A DNA stretch of 64,000 nucleotides from Botryllus schlosseri (Eukaryota), in assembly GCA_051294905.1 (NCBI GenBank), contig CM119371.1, positions 18,912,001-18,976,000 of the forward strand, read 5' to 3'. A program made the translations under genes and the position numbers. Of the stretch, positions 25,173 to 37,600 are shown in pieces (the stretch's first letter is position 1; every line of letters begins with the position of its first letter). Below the pieces are notes generated by a model, which searched no databases, had not been told where the DNA came from, and was given only the letters and a program-made list of their open reading frames with translations.

Positions 25173-28100
25173 CGGTTAGTACTTGCATGGGTGACCGGCT
25201 GGGAATACCGTGTGTAGTAGACGGCTTTTGCATTTTTGTCGCACAAACTCGATCAATTAGATTGCTACTGTTTTGTATGCGCACGTAGGCCTACGTACAA
25301 CTATAAATGTCACCATTTGCTGGCCGCCGCTTATTTCAATTTGTAGTTATACTAGGCCTAACACATTGTCATTATATCGAAATCTCGTGCTGTTTTCACA
25401 TGACGAAAAGTGCAATAAAATAACTACTCTGACAGCGAGAGCTTACTTGTGTGTTTGTCGACCAGATACAAGAACAGGGCAGGACGCCAATGATATTCGA
25501 CCGCTAGCAGACTTTTCTTTCGAGTTATTGGGCCGAAAGTGCCTCGGCGCAATCAGACAATCTGCTTTTCAGGCGTCTCATCGTTGGTAGCGTGGCGACT
25601 TTTCGCCTGAGATGAACGAAAAATGTCACGTAAAACGGCACAGATTGTATCCACTGTCGCCTACGACCATACCACGTTGAATACACCCGATCTCGTCTGA
25701 TCTCGGAAGTTAAGCGGCGTTGGGCTCAGTTAGTACTTGCATGGGTGACCGGCTGGGAATACCGGGTGCGTGTAGGCTTTTGCATTTTTTTCCGCACAAA
25801 CTCGATCAATTCGATTGCTGTGCTTTATTTTCAAATGAATTATCGCGCGAAATTTGGAATTGTAATCCGCCTAACACATTTTCATTATATCAAACTCTCG
25901 TACTGTTTTGACATGACAGAAAGTGCAATAAAATAACTACTCTGACAGCGAGAGCTTACTTGTGTGTTTGTCGACAAGATACAAGAACAGAGCAGGATGC
26001 CAACGATATTCGACCGCTGGCAGACGGGTTGAAAATGCCCCAGCGCAATCAGACAATCTGCTTTTCTGGCGTCTCGTCGACAGCATGGCGACGGAAATTG
26101 TCACATAAAACGTCAGAATTGGTAACCACACTTGCCTACGACCATACCACGTTGAATATACCCGATCTCGTCCGATCTCGGAAGTCAAGCAACGTTGGGC
26201 CCGGTTAGTACTTGCATGGGTGACCGGCTGGGAATACCATGTGTAGTAGACGGCTTTTGCATTTTTGTCGCACAAACTCGATCAATTAGATTGCAACTGT
26301 TTTGTATGCGCACGTAGGCCTACGTACAACTATAAATGTCACCATTTGCTGGCCGCCGCTTATTTCAATTTGTAATTATACTAGGCCTAACACATTGTCA
26401 TTATATCGAAATCTCGTGCTGTTTTCACATGACGAAAAGTGCAATAAAATAACTACTCTGACAGCGAGAGCTTACTTGTGTGTTTGTCGACAAGATACAA
26501 GAACAGAGCAGGATGCCAACGATATTCGACCGCTGGCAGACAGGTTGAAAATGCCCCAGCGCAATCAGACAATCTGCTTTTCAGGCGTCTCATCGTTGGC
26601 AGCGTGGCGACTTTTCGCCTGAGATGAACGAAAAATGTCACGTAAAACGGCACAGATTGTATCCACTGTCGCCTACGACCATACCACGTTGAATACACCC
26701 GATCTCGTCTGATCTCGGAAGTCAAGCAACGTTGGTTCCGGTTAGTACTTGCATGGGTGACCGGCTGGGAATACCGTGTGTAGTAGACGGCTTTTGCATT
26801 TTTGTCGCACAAACTCGATCAATTAGATTGCAACTGTTTTGTATGCGCACGTAGGCCTACGTACAACTATAAATGTCACCATTTGCTGGCCGCCGCTTAT
26901 TTCAATTTGTAGTTATACTAGGCCTAACACATTGTCATTATATCGAAATCTCGTGCTGTTTTCACATGACGAAAAGTGCAATAAAATAACTACTCTGACA
27001 GCGAGAGCTTACTTGTGTGTTTGTCGACCAGATACAAGAACAGGGCAGGACGCCAATGATATTCGACCGCTAGCAGACTTTTCTTTCCAGTTATTGGGCC
27101 GAAAGTGCCTCGGCGCAATCAGACAATCTGCTTTTCAGGCGTCTCATCGTTGGTAGCGTGGCGACTTTTCGCCTGAGATGAACGAAAAATGTCACGTAAA
27201 ACGGCACAGATTGTATCCACTGTCGCCTACGACCATACCACGTTGAATACACCCGATCTCGTCTGATCTCGGAAGTTAAGCGGCGTTGGGCTCAGTTAGT
27301 ACTTGCATGGGTGACCGGCTGGGAATACCGGGTGCGTGTAGGCTTTTGCATTTTTTTTCCGCACAAACTCGATCAATTCGATTGCTGTGCTTTATTTTCA
27401 AATGAATTATCGCGCGAAATTTGGAATTGTAATCCGCCTAACACATTTTCATTATATCAAACTCTCGTACTGTTTTGACATGACAGAAAGTGCAATAAAA
27501 TAACTACTCTGACAGCGAGAGCTTACTTGTGTGTTTGTCGACAAGATACAAGAACAGAGCAGGATGCCAACGATATTCGACCGCTGGCAGACGGGTTGAA
27601 AATGCCCCAGCGCAATCAGACAATCTGCTTTTCTGGCGTCTCGTCGACAGCATGGCGACGGAAATTGTCACATAAAACGTCACAATTGGTAACCACACTT
27701 GCCTACGACCATACCACGTTGAATATACCCGATCTCGTCCGATCTCGGAAGTCAAGCAACGTTGGGCCCGGTTAGTACTTGCATGGGTGACCGGCTGGGA
27801 ATACCATGTGTAGTAGACGGCTTTTGCATTTTTGTCGCACAAACTCGATCAATTAGATTGCAACTGTTTTGTATGCGCACGTAGGCCTACGTACAACTAT
27901 AAATGTCACCATTTGCTGGCCGCCGCTTATTTCAATTTGTAGTTATACTAGGCCTAACACATTGTCATTATATCGAAATCTCGTGCTGTTTTCACATGAC
28001 GAAAAGTGCAATAAAATAACTACTCTGACAGCGAGAGCTTACTTGTGTGTTTGTCGACAAGATACAAGAACAGAGCAGGATGCCAACGATATTCGACCGC

Positions 28101-31100
28101 TGGCAGACAGGTTGAAAATGCCCCAGCGCAATCAGACAATCTGCTTTTCAGGCGTCTCATCGTTGGCAGCGTGGCGACTTTTCGCCTGAGATGAACGAAA
28201 AATGTCACGTAAAACGGCACAGATTGTATCCACTGTCGCCTACGACCATACCACGTTGAATACACCCGATCTCGTCTGATCTCGGAAGTCAAGCAACGTT
28301 GGTTCCGGTTAGTACTTGCATGGGTGACCGGCTGGGAATACCGTGTGTAGTAGACGGCTTTTGCATTTTTGTCGCACAAACTCGATCAATTAGATTGCAA
28401 CTGTTTTGTATGCGCACGTAGGCCTACGTACAACTATAAATGTCATCATTTGCTGGCCGTCGCTTATTTCAATTTGTAGTTATACTAGGCCTAACACATT
28501 GACATTATATCGAAATCTCGTGCTGTTTTCACATGACGAAAAGTGCAATAAAATAACTACTCTGACAGCGAGAGCTTACTTGTGTGTTTGTCGACCAGAT
28601 ACAAGAACAGGGCAGGACGCCAATGATATTCGACCGCTAGCAGACTTTTCTTTCCAGTTATTTGGCCGAAAGTGCCTCGGCGCAATCAGACAATCTGCTT
28701 TTCAGGCGTCTCATCGTTGGTAGCGTGGCGACTTTTCGCCTGAGATGAACGAAAAATGTCACGTAAAACGGCACAGATTGTATCCACTGTCGCCTACGAC
28801 CATACCACGTTGAATACACCCGATCTCGTCTGATCTCGGAAGTTAAGCAGCGTTGGGCTCAGTTAGTACTTGCATGGGTGACCGGCTGGGAATACCGGGT
28901 GCGTGTAGGCTTTTGCATTTTTTTTTCCGCACAAACTCGATCAATTCGATTGCTGTGCTTTATTTTCAAATGAATTATCGCGCGAAATTTGGAATTGTAA
29001 TCCGCCTAACACATTTTCATTATATCAAACTCTCGTACTGTTTTGACATGACAGAAAGTGCAATAAAATAACTACTCTGACAGCGAGAGCTTACTTGTGT
29101 GTTTGTCGACAAGATACAAGAACAGAGCAGGATGCCAACGATATTCGACCGCTGGCAGACGGGTTGAAAATGCCCCAGCGCAATCAGACAATCTGCTTTT
29201 CTGGCATCTCGTCGACAGCATGGCGACGGAAATTGTCACATAAAACGTCAGAATTGGTAACCACACTTGCCTACGACCATACCACGTTGAATATACCCGA
29301 TCTCGTCCGATCTCGGAAGTCAAGCAACGTTGGGCCCGGTTAGTACTTGCATGGGTGACCGGCTGGGAATACCATGTGTAGTAGACGGCTTTTGCATTTT
29401 TGTCGCACAAACTCGATCAATTAGATTGCAACTGTTTTGTATGCGCACGTAGGCCTACGTACAACTATAAATGTCACCATTTGCTGGCCGCCGCTTATTT
29501 CAATTTGTAATTATACTAGGCCTAACACATTGTCATTATATCGAAATCTCGTGCTGTTTTCACATGACGAAAAGTGCAATAAAATAACTACTCTGACAGC
29601 GAGAGCTTACTTGTGTGTTTGTCGACAAGATACAAGAACAGAGCAGGATGCCAACGATATTCGACCGCTGGCAGACAGGTTGAAAATGCCCCAGCGCAAT
29701 CAGACAATCTGCTTTTCAGGCGTCTCATCGTTGGCAGCGTGGCGACTTTTCGCCTGAGATGAACGAAAAATGTCACGTAAAACGGCACAGATTGTATCCA
29801 CTGTCGCCTACGACCATACCACGTTGAATACACCCGATCTCGTCTGATCTCGGAAGTCAAGCAACGTTGGTTCCGGTTAGTACTTGCATGGGTGACCGGC
29901 TGGGAATACCGTGTGTAGTAGACGGCTTTTGCATTTTTGTCGCACAAACTCGATCAATTAGATTGCAACTGTTTTGTATGCGCACGTAGGCCTACGTACA
30001 ACTATAAATGTCATCATTTGCTGGCCGTCGCTTATTTCAATTTGTAGTTATACTAGGCCTAACACATTGACATTATATCGAAATCTCGTGCTGTTTTCAC
30101 ATGACGAAAAGTGCAATAAAATAACTACTCTGACAGCGAGAGCTTACTTGTGTGTTTGTCGACCAGATACAAGAACAGGGCAGGACGCCAATGATATTCG
30201 ACCGCTAGCAGACTTTTCTTTCCAGTTATTTGGCCGAAAGTGCCTCGGCGCAATCAGACAATCTGCTTTTCAGGCGTCTCATCGTTGGTAGCGTGGCGAC
30301 TTTTCGCCTGAGATGAACGAAAAATGTCACGTAAAACGGCACAGATTGTATCCACTGTCGCCTACGACCATACCACGTTGAATACACCCGATCTCGTCTG
30401 ATCTCGGAAGTTAAGCAGCGTTGGGCTCAGTTAGTACTTGCATGGGTGACCGGCTGGGAATACCGGGTGCGTGTAGGCTTTTGCATTTTTTTTTTCGCAC
30501 AAACTCGATCAATTCGATTGCTGTGCTTTATTTTCAAATGAATTATCGCGCGAAATTTGGAATTGTAATCCGCCTAACACATTTTCATTATATCAAACTC
30601 TCGTACTGTTTTGACATGACAGAAAGTGCAATAAAATAACTACTCTGACAGCGAGAGCTTACTTGTGTGTTTGTCGACAAGATACAAGAACAGAGCAGGA
30701 TGCCAACGATATTCGACCGCTGGCAGACGGGTTGAAAATGCCCCAGCGCAATCAGACAATCTGCTTTTCTGGCATCTCGTCGACAGCATGGCGACGGAAA
30801 TTGTCACATAAAACGTCAGAATTGGTAACCACACTTGCCTACGACCATACCACGTTGAATATACCCGATCTCGTCCGATCTCGGAAGTCAAGCAACGTTG
30901 GGCCCGGTTAGTACTTGCATGGGTGACCGGCTGGGAATACCATGTGTAGTAGACGGCTTTTGCATTTTTGTCGCACAAACTCGATCAATTAGATTGCAAC
31001 TGTTTTGTATGCGCACGTAGGCCTACGTACAACTATAAATGTCACCATTTGCTGGCCGCCGCTTATTTCAATTTGTAATTATACTAGGCCTAACACATTG

Positions 31101-34100
31101 TCATTATATCGAAATCTCGTGCTGTTTTCACATGACGAAAAGTGCAATAAAATAACTACTCTGACAGCGAGAGCTTACTTGTGTGTTTGTCGACAAGATA
31201 CAAGAACAGAGCAGGATGCCAACGATATTCGACCGCTGGCAGACAGGTTGAAAATGCCCCAGCGCAATCAGACAATCTGCTTTTCAGGCGTCTCATCGTT
31301 GGCAGCGTGGCGACTTTTCGCCTGAGATGAACGAATAATGTCACGTAAAACGGCACAGATTGTATCCACTGTCGCCTACGACCATACCACGTTGAAGACA
31401 CCCGATCTCGTCTGATCTCGGAAGTCAAGCAACGTTGGTTCCGGTTAGTACTTGCATGGGTGACCGGCTGGGTATACCGTGTGTAGTAGACGGCTTTTGC
31501 ATTTTTGTCGCACAAACTCGATCAATTAGATTGCAACTGTTTTGTATGCGCACGTAGGCCTACGTACAACTATAAATGTCACCATTTGCTGGCCGCCGCT
31601 TATTTCAATTTGTAATTATACTAGGCCTAACACATTGTCATTATATCGAAATCTCGTGCTGTTTTCACATGACGAAAAGTGCAATAAAATAACTACTCTG
31701 ACAGCGAGAGCTTACTTGTGTGTTTGTCGACAAGATACAAGAACAGAGCAGGATGCCAACGATATTCGACCGCTGGCAGACAGGTTGAAAATGCCCCAGC
31801 GCAATCAGACAATCTGCTTTTCAGGCGTCTCATCGTTGGCAGCGTGGCGACTTTTCGCCTGAGATGAACGAAAAATGTCACGTAAAACGGCACAGATTGT
31901 ATCCACTGTCGCCTACGACCATACCACGTTGAATACACCCGATCTCGTCTGATCTCGGAAGTCAAGCAACGTTGGGCCCGGTTAGTACTTGCATGGGTGA
32001 CCGGCTGGGAATACCGTGTGTAGTAGACGGCTTTTGCATTTTTGTCGCACAAACTCGATCAATTAGATTGCAACTGTTTTGTATGCGCACGTAGGCCTAC
32101 GTACAGCTATAAATGTCACCATTTGCTGGCCGCCGCTTATTTCAATTTGTAGTTATACTAGGCCTAACACATTGTCATTATATCGAAATCTCGTGCTGTT
32201 TTCACATGACGAAAAGTGCAATAAAATAACTACTCTGACAGCGAGAGCTTACTTGTGTGTTTGTCGACCAGATACAAGAACAGGGCAGGACGCCAATGAT
32301 ATTCGACTGCTAGCAGACTTTTCTTTCCAGTTATTGGGCCGAAAGTGCCTCGGCGCAATCAGACAATCTGCTTTTCAGGCGTCTCATCGTTGGTAGCGTG
32401 GCGACTTTTCGCCTGAGATGAACGAAAAATGTCACGTAAAACGGCACAGATTGTATCCACTGTCGCCTACGACCACACCACGTTGAATACACCCGATCTC
32501 GTCTGATCTCGGAAGTTAAGCGGCGTTGGGCTCAGTTAGTACTTGCATGGGTGACCGGCTGGGAATATCGGGTGCGTGTAGGCTTTTGCATTTTTTTTTC
32601 CGCACAAACTCGATCAATTCGATTGCTGTGCTTTATTTTCAAATGAATTATCGCACGAAATTTGGAATTGTAATCCGCCTAACACATTTTCATTATATCA
32701 AACTCTCGTATACTGTTTTGACATGACAGAAAGTGCAATAAAATAACTACTCTGACAGCGAGAGCTTACTTGTGTGTTTGTCGACAAGATACATGAACAG
32801 AGCAGGATGCCAACGATATTCGACCGCTGGCAGACGGGTTGAAAATGCCCCAGCGCAATCAGACAATCTGCTTTTCTGGCGTCTCGTCGACAGCATGGCG
32901 ACGGAAATTGTCACATAAAACGTCAGAATTGGTAACCACACTTGCCTACGACCATACCACGTTGAATATACCCGATCTCGTCCGATCTCGGAAGTCAAGC
33001 AACGTTGGGCCCGGTTAGTACTTGCATGGGTGACCGGCTGGAAATACCATGTGTAGTAGACGGCTTTTGCATTTTTGTCGCACAAACTCGATCAATTAGA
33101 TTGCAACTGTTTTGTATGCGCACGTAGGCCTACGTACAACTATAAATGTCACCATTTGCTGGCCACCGCTTATTTCAATTTGTAGTTATACTAGGCCTAA
33201 CACATTGTCATTATATCGAAATCTCGTGCTGTTTTCACATGACGAAAAGTGCAATAAAATAACTACTCTGACAGCGAGAGCTTACTTGTGTGTTTGTCGA
33301 CAAGATACAAGAACAGAGCAGGATGCCAACGATATTCGACCGCTGGCAGACGGGTTGGAAATGCCCCAGCGCAATCAGACAATCTGCTTTTCAGACGTCT
33401 CGTTGACAGCGTGGCGACTTTTCGCCCGAGACAACGGAAAATGTCACATAAAACGGCACAGATTCTAACCACTGTCGCCTACGACCATACCACGTTGAAT
33501 ACACCCGATCTCGTCTGATCTTGGAAGTTAAGCGGCGTTGGGCTCAGTTAGTACTTGCATGGGTGACCGGCTGGGAATACCGGGTGCGTGTAGGCTTTTG
33601 CATTTTTTTTTCCGCACAAACTCGATCAATTCGATTGCTGTGCTTTATTTTCAAATGAATTATCGCGCGAAATTTGGAATTGTAATCCGCCTAACACATT
33701 TTCATTATATCAAACTCTCGTACTGTTTTGACATGACAGAAAGTGCAATAAAATAACTACTCTGACAGCGAGAGCTTACTTGTGTGTTTGTCGACAAGAT
33801 ACAAGAACAGAGCAGGATGCCAACGATATTCGACCGCTAGCAGACTTTTCTTTCCAGTTATTGGGCCGAAAGTGCCTCGGCGCAATCAGACAATCTGCTT
33901 TTCAGGCGTCTCATCGTTGGTAGCGTGGCGACTTTTCGCCTGAGATGAACGAAAAATGTCACGTAAAACGGCACAGATTGTATCCACTGTCGCCTACGAC
34001 CATACCACGTTGAATACACCCGATCTCGTCTGATCTCGGAAGTTAAGCGGCGTTGGGCTCAGTTAGTACTTGCATGGGTGACCGGCTGGGAATACCGGGT

Positions 34101-34544
34101 GCGTGTAGGCTTTTGCATTTTTTTCTCCGCACAAACTCGATCAATTCGATTGCTGTGCTTTATTTTCAAAGGAATTATCGCGCGAAATTTGGAATTGTAA
34201 TCCGCCTAACACATTTTCATTATATCAAACTCTCGTACTGTTTTGACATTACAGAAAGTGCAATAAAATAACTACTCTGACAGCGAGAGCTTACTTGTGT
34301 GTTTGTCGACAAGATACAAGAACAGAGCAGGATGCCAACGATATTCGACCGCTGGCAGACGGGTAGAAAATGCCCCAGCGCAATCAGACAATCTGCTTTT
34401 CTGGCGTCTCGTCGACAGCATGGCGACGGAAATTGTCACATAAAACGTCAGAATTGGTAACCACACTTGCCTACGACCATACCACGTTGAATATACCCGA
34501 TCTCGTCCGATCTCAGAAGTCAAGCAACGTTGGGCCCGGTTAGT
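25173..34544 (+). repeat. 5S rDNA array, domain 2: ~1,567-bp 3-mer higher-order repeat of variant genes (one 3' half plus 18 gene starts)
   Basis: Starts at 25659, 26134, 26671, 27225, 27701, 28238, 28792, 29269, 29806, 30360, 30837, 31374, 31911, 32465, 32944, 33477, 33992 and 34469. Units are ~476, 537 and 554 bp. Confidence 0.94.
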
Positions 34545-34620
34545 ACTAACCGGGCCCAACGTTGCTTAACTTCCGAGATCGGACGAGATCGGGTGTATTC
34601 AACGTGGTATGGTCGTAGGC
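34469..34620. repeat. Palindromic orientation switch: two convergent 5S 5' halves (nt 1-76 each) fused at AGT|ACT
   Basis: ...GGGCCCGGTTAGT|ACTAACCGGGCCC... centred at 34544/34545. The palindrome is perfect over 34522-34567 and has three mismatches over the 76-nt arms. Confidence 0.93.
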
Positions 34621-37600
34621 GACAGTGGATACAATCTGTGCCGTTTTATGTGACATTCTATCGGGCGAAAAGTCGCCACGCTGTCAACGAGACGCCTGAA
34701 AAGCAGATTGTCTGATTGCTCGGAGGCACTTTCGGACGAACTGGTCGAAAAACACACATATAAATTAAGCTCTCCGTGTAAGAGTTTATTTTATTGCAAT
34801 TCTCGTCATGTCAAAACGGCACGAGATTGCGATAAACGGCCCTGCACAACTACAAATTGAGCGCGAGTTCATAGCTGAAAGAAGCGGCGGCCGGCAAATG
34901 ATGACATTCATAGTTGTACGTGCAATCAAATTGATCGAGTTTGTGTGAAAAAATGCAAAAGGCGGCCTACTACACCCGGTATTCCCAGCCGGTCACCCAT
35001 GCAAGTACTAACCGGGCCCAACGTTGCTTGACTTCCGAGATCAGACGAGATCGGGTGTATTCAACGTGGTATGGTCGTAGGCGACAGTGGGTACAATCTG
35101 TGCCGTTTTATGTGACATTCTATCGGGCGAAAAGTCGCCATGCACGCTGTCAACGAGACGCCTGAAAAGCAGATTGTCTGATTGCTCGGAGGCACTTTCG
35201 GACGAACTGGTCGAAAAACACACATATAAATTAAGCTCTCCGTGTAAGAGTTTATTTTATTGCAATTCTCGTCATGTCAAAACGGCACGAGATTGCGATA
35301 AACGGCCCTGCACAACTACAAATTGAGCGCGAGTTCATAGCTGAAAGAAGCGGCGGCCGGCAAATGATGACATTCATAGTTGTACGTGCAATCAAATTGA
35401 TCGAGTTTGTGTGAAAAAATGCAAAAGGCGGCCTACTACACCCGGTATTCCCAGCCGGTCACCCATGCAAGTACTAACCGGGCCCAACGTTGCTTGACTT
35501 CCGAGATCAGACGAGATCGGGTGTATTCAACGTGGTATGGTCGTAGGCGACAGTGGGTACAATCTGTGCCGTTTTATGTGACATTCTATCGGGCGAAAAG
35601 TCGCCATGCACGCTGTCAACGAGACGCCTGAAAAGCAGATTGTCTGATTGCTCGGAGGCACTTTCGGACGAACTGGTCGAAAAACACACATATAAATTAA
35701 GCTCTCCGTGTAAGAGTTTATTTTATTGCAATTCTCGTCATGTCAAAACGGCACGAGATTGCGATAAACGGCCCTGCACAACTACAAATTGAGCGCGAGT
35801 TCATAGCTGAAAGAAGCGGCGGCCGGCAAATGATGACATTCATAGTTGTACGTGCAATCAAATTGATCGAGTTTGTGTGAAAAAATGCAAAAGGCGGCCT
35901 ACTACACCCGGTATTCCCAGCCGGTCACCCATGCAAGTACTAACCGGGCCCAACGTTGCTTGACTTCCGAGATCAGACGAGATCGGGTGTATTCAACGTG
36001 GTATGGTCGTAGGCGACAGTGGATACAATCTGTGCCGTTTTATGTGACATTCTATCGGGCGAAAAGTCGCCACGCTGTCAACGAGACGCCTGAAAAGCAG
36101 ATTGTCTGATTGCTCGGAGGCACTTTCGGACGAACTGGTCGAAAAACACACATATAAATTAAGCTCTCCGTGTAAGAGTTTATTTTATTGCAATTCTCGT
36201 CATGTCAAAACGGCACGAGATTGCGATAAACGGCCCTGCACAACTACAAATTGAGCGCGAGTTCATAGCTGAAAGAAGCGGCGGCCGGCAAATGATGACA
36301 TTCATAGTTGTACGTGCAATCAAATTGATCGAGTTTGTGTGAAAAACTGCAAAAGGCGGCCTACTACACCCGGTATTCCCAGCCGGTCACCCATGCAAGT
36401 ACTAACCGGGCCCAACGTTGCTTGACTTCCGAGATCAGACGAGATCGGGTGTATTCAACGTGGTATGGTCGTAGGCGACAGTGGATACAATCTGTGCCGT
36501 TTTATGTGACATTCTATCGGGCGAAAAGTCGCCACGCTGTCAACGAGACGCCTGAAAAGCAGATTGTCTGATTGCTGTGAAGCACTTTCGGACGAACTGG
36601 TCGAAAAACACACATATAAATTAAGCTCTCCGTGTCAGAGTTTATTTTATTGCAATTCTCGTCATGTCAAAACGGCACGAGATTGCGATAAACGGCCCTG
36701 CACAACTACAAATTGAGCGCGAGTTCATAGCTGAAAGAAGCGGCGGCCGGCAAATGATGACATTCATAGTTGTACGTGCAATCAAATTGATCGAGTTTGT
36801 GTGAAAAAATGCAAAAGGCGGCCTACTACACCCGGTATTCCCAGCCGGTCACCCATGCAAGTACTAACCGGGCCCAACGTTGCTTGACTTCCGAGATCAG
36901 ACGAGATCGGGTGTATTCAACGTGGTATGGTCGTAGGCGACAGTGGATACAATCTGTGCCGTTTTATGTGACATTCTATCGGGCGAAAAGTCGCCACGCT
37001 GTCAACGAGACGCCTGAAAAGCAGATTGTCTGATTGCTCGGAGGCACTTTCGGACGAACTGGTCGAAAAACACACATATAAATTAAGCTCTCCGTGTAAG
37101 AGTTTATTTTATTGCAATTCTCGTCATGTCAAAACGGCACGAGATTGCGATAAACGGCCCTGCACAACTACAAATTGAGCGCGAGTTCATAGCTGAAAGA
37201 AGCGGCGGCCGGCAAATGATGACATTCATAGTTGTACGTGCAATCAAATTGATCGAGTTTGTGTGAAAAAATGCAAAAGGCGGCCTACTACACCCGGTAT
37301 TCCCAGCCGGTCACCCATGCAAGTACTAACCGGGCCCAACGTTGCTTGACTTCCGAGATCAGACGAGATCGGGTGTATTCAACGTGGTATGGTCGTAGGC
37401 GACAGTGGGTACAATCTGTGCCGTTTTATGTGACATTCTATCGGGCGAAAAGTCGCCATGCACGCTGTCAACGAGACGCCTGAAAAGCAGATTGTCTGAT
37501 TGCTCGGAGGCACTTTCGGACGAACTGGTCGAAAAACACACATATAAATTAAGCTCTCCGTGTAAGAGTTTATTTTATTGCAATTCTCGTCATGTCAAAA

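Noticed and set aside
24712..25288. Proline-rich ORFs after ORF2 (possible ORF3)
   Set aside because: They result from the C-rich UTR tract, and the frames are not conserved between copies 2 and 3 (97 vs 70 aa with indels).
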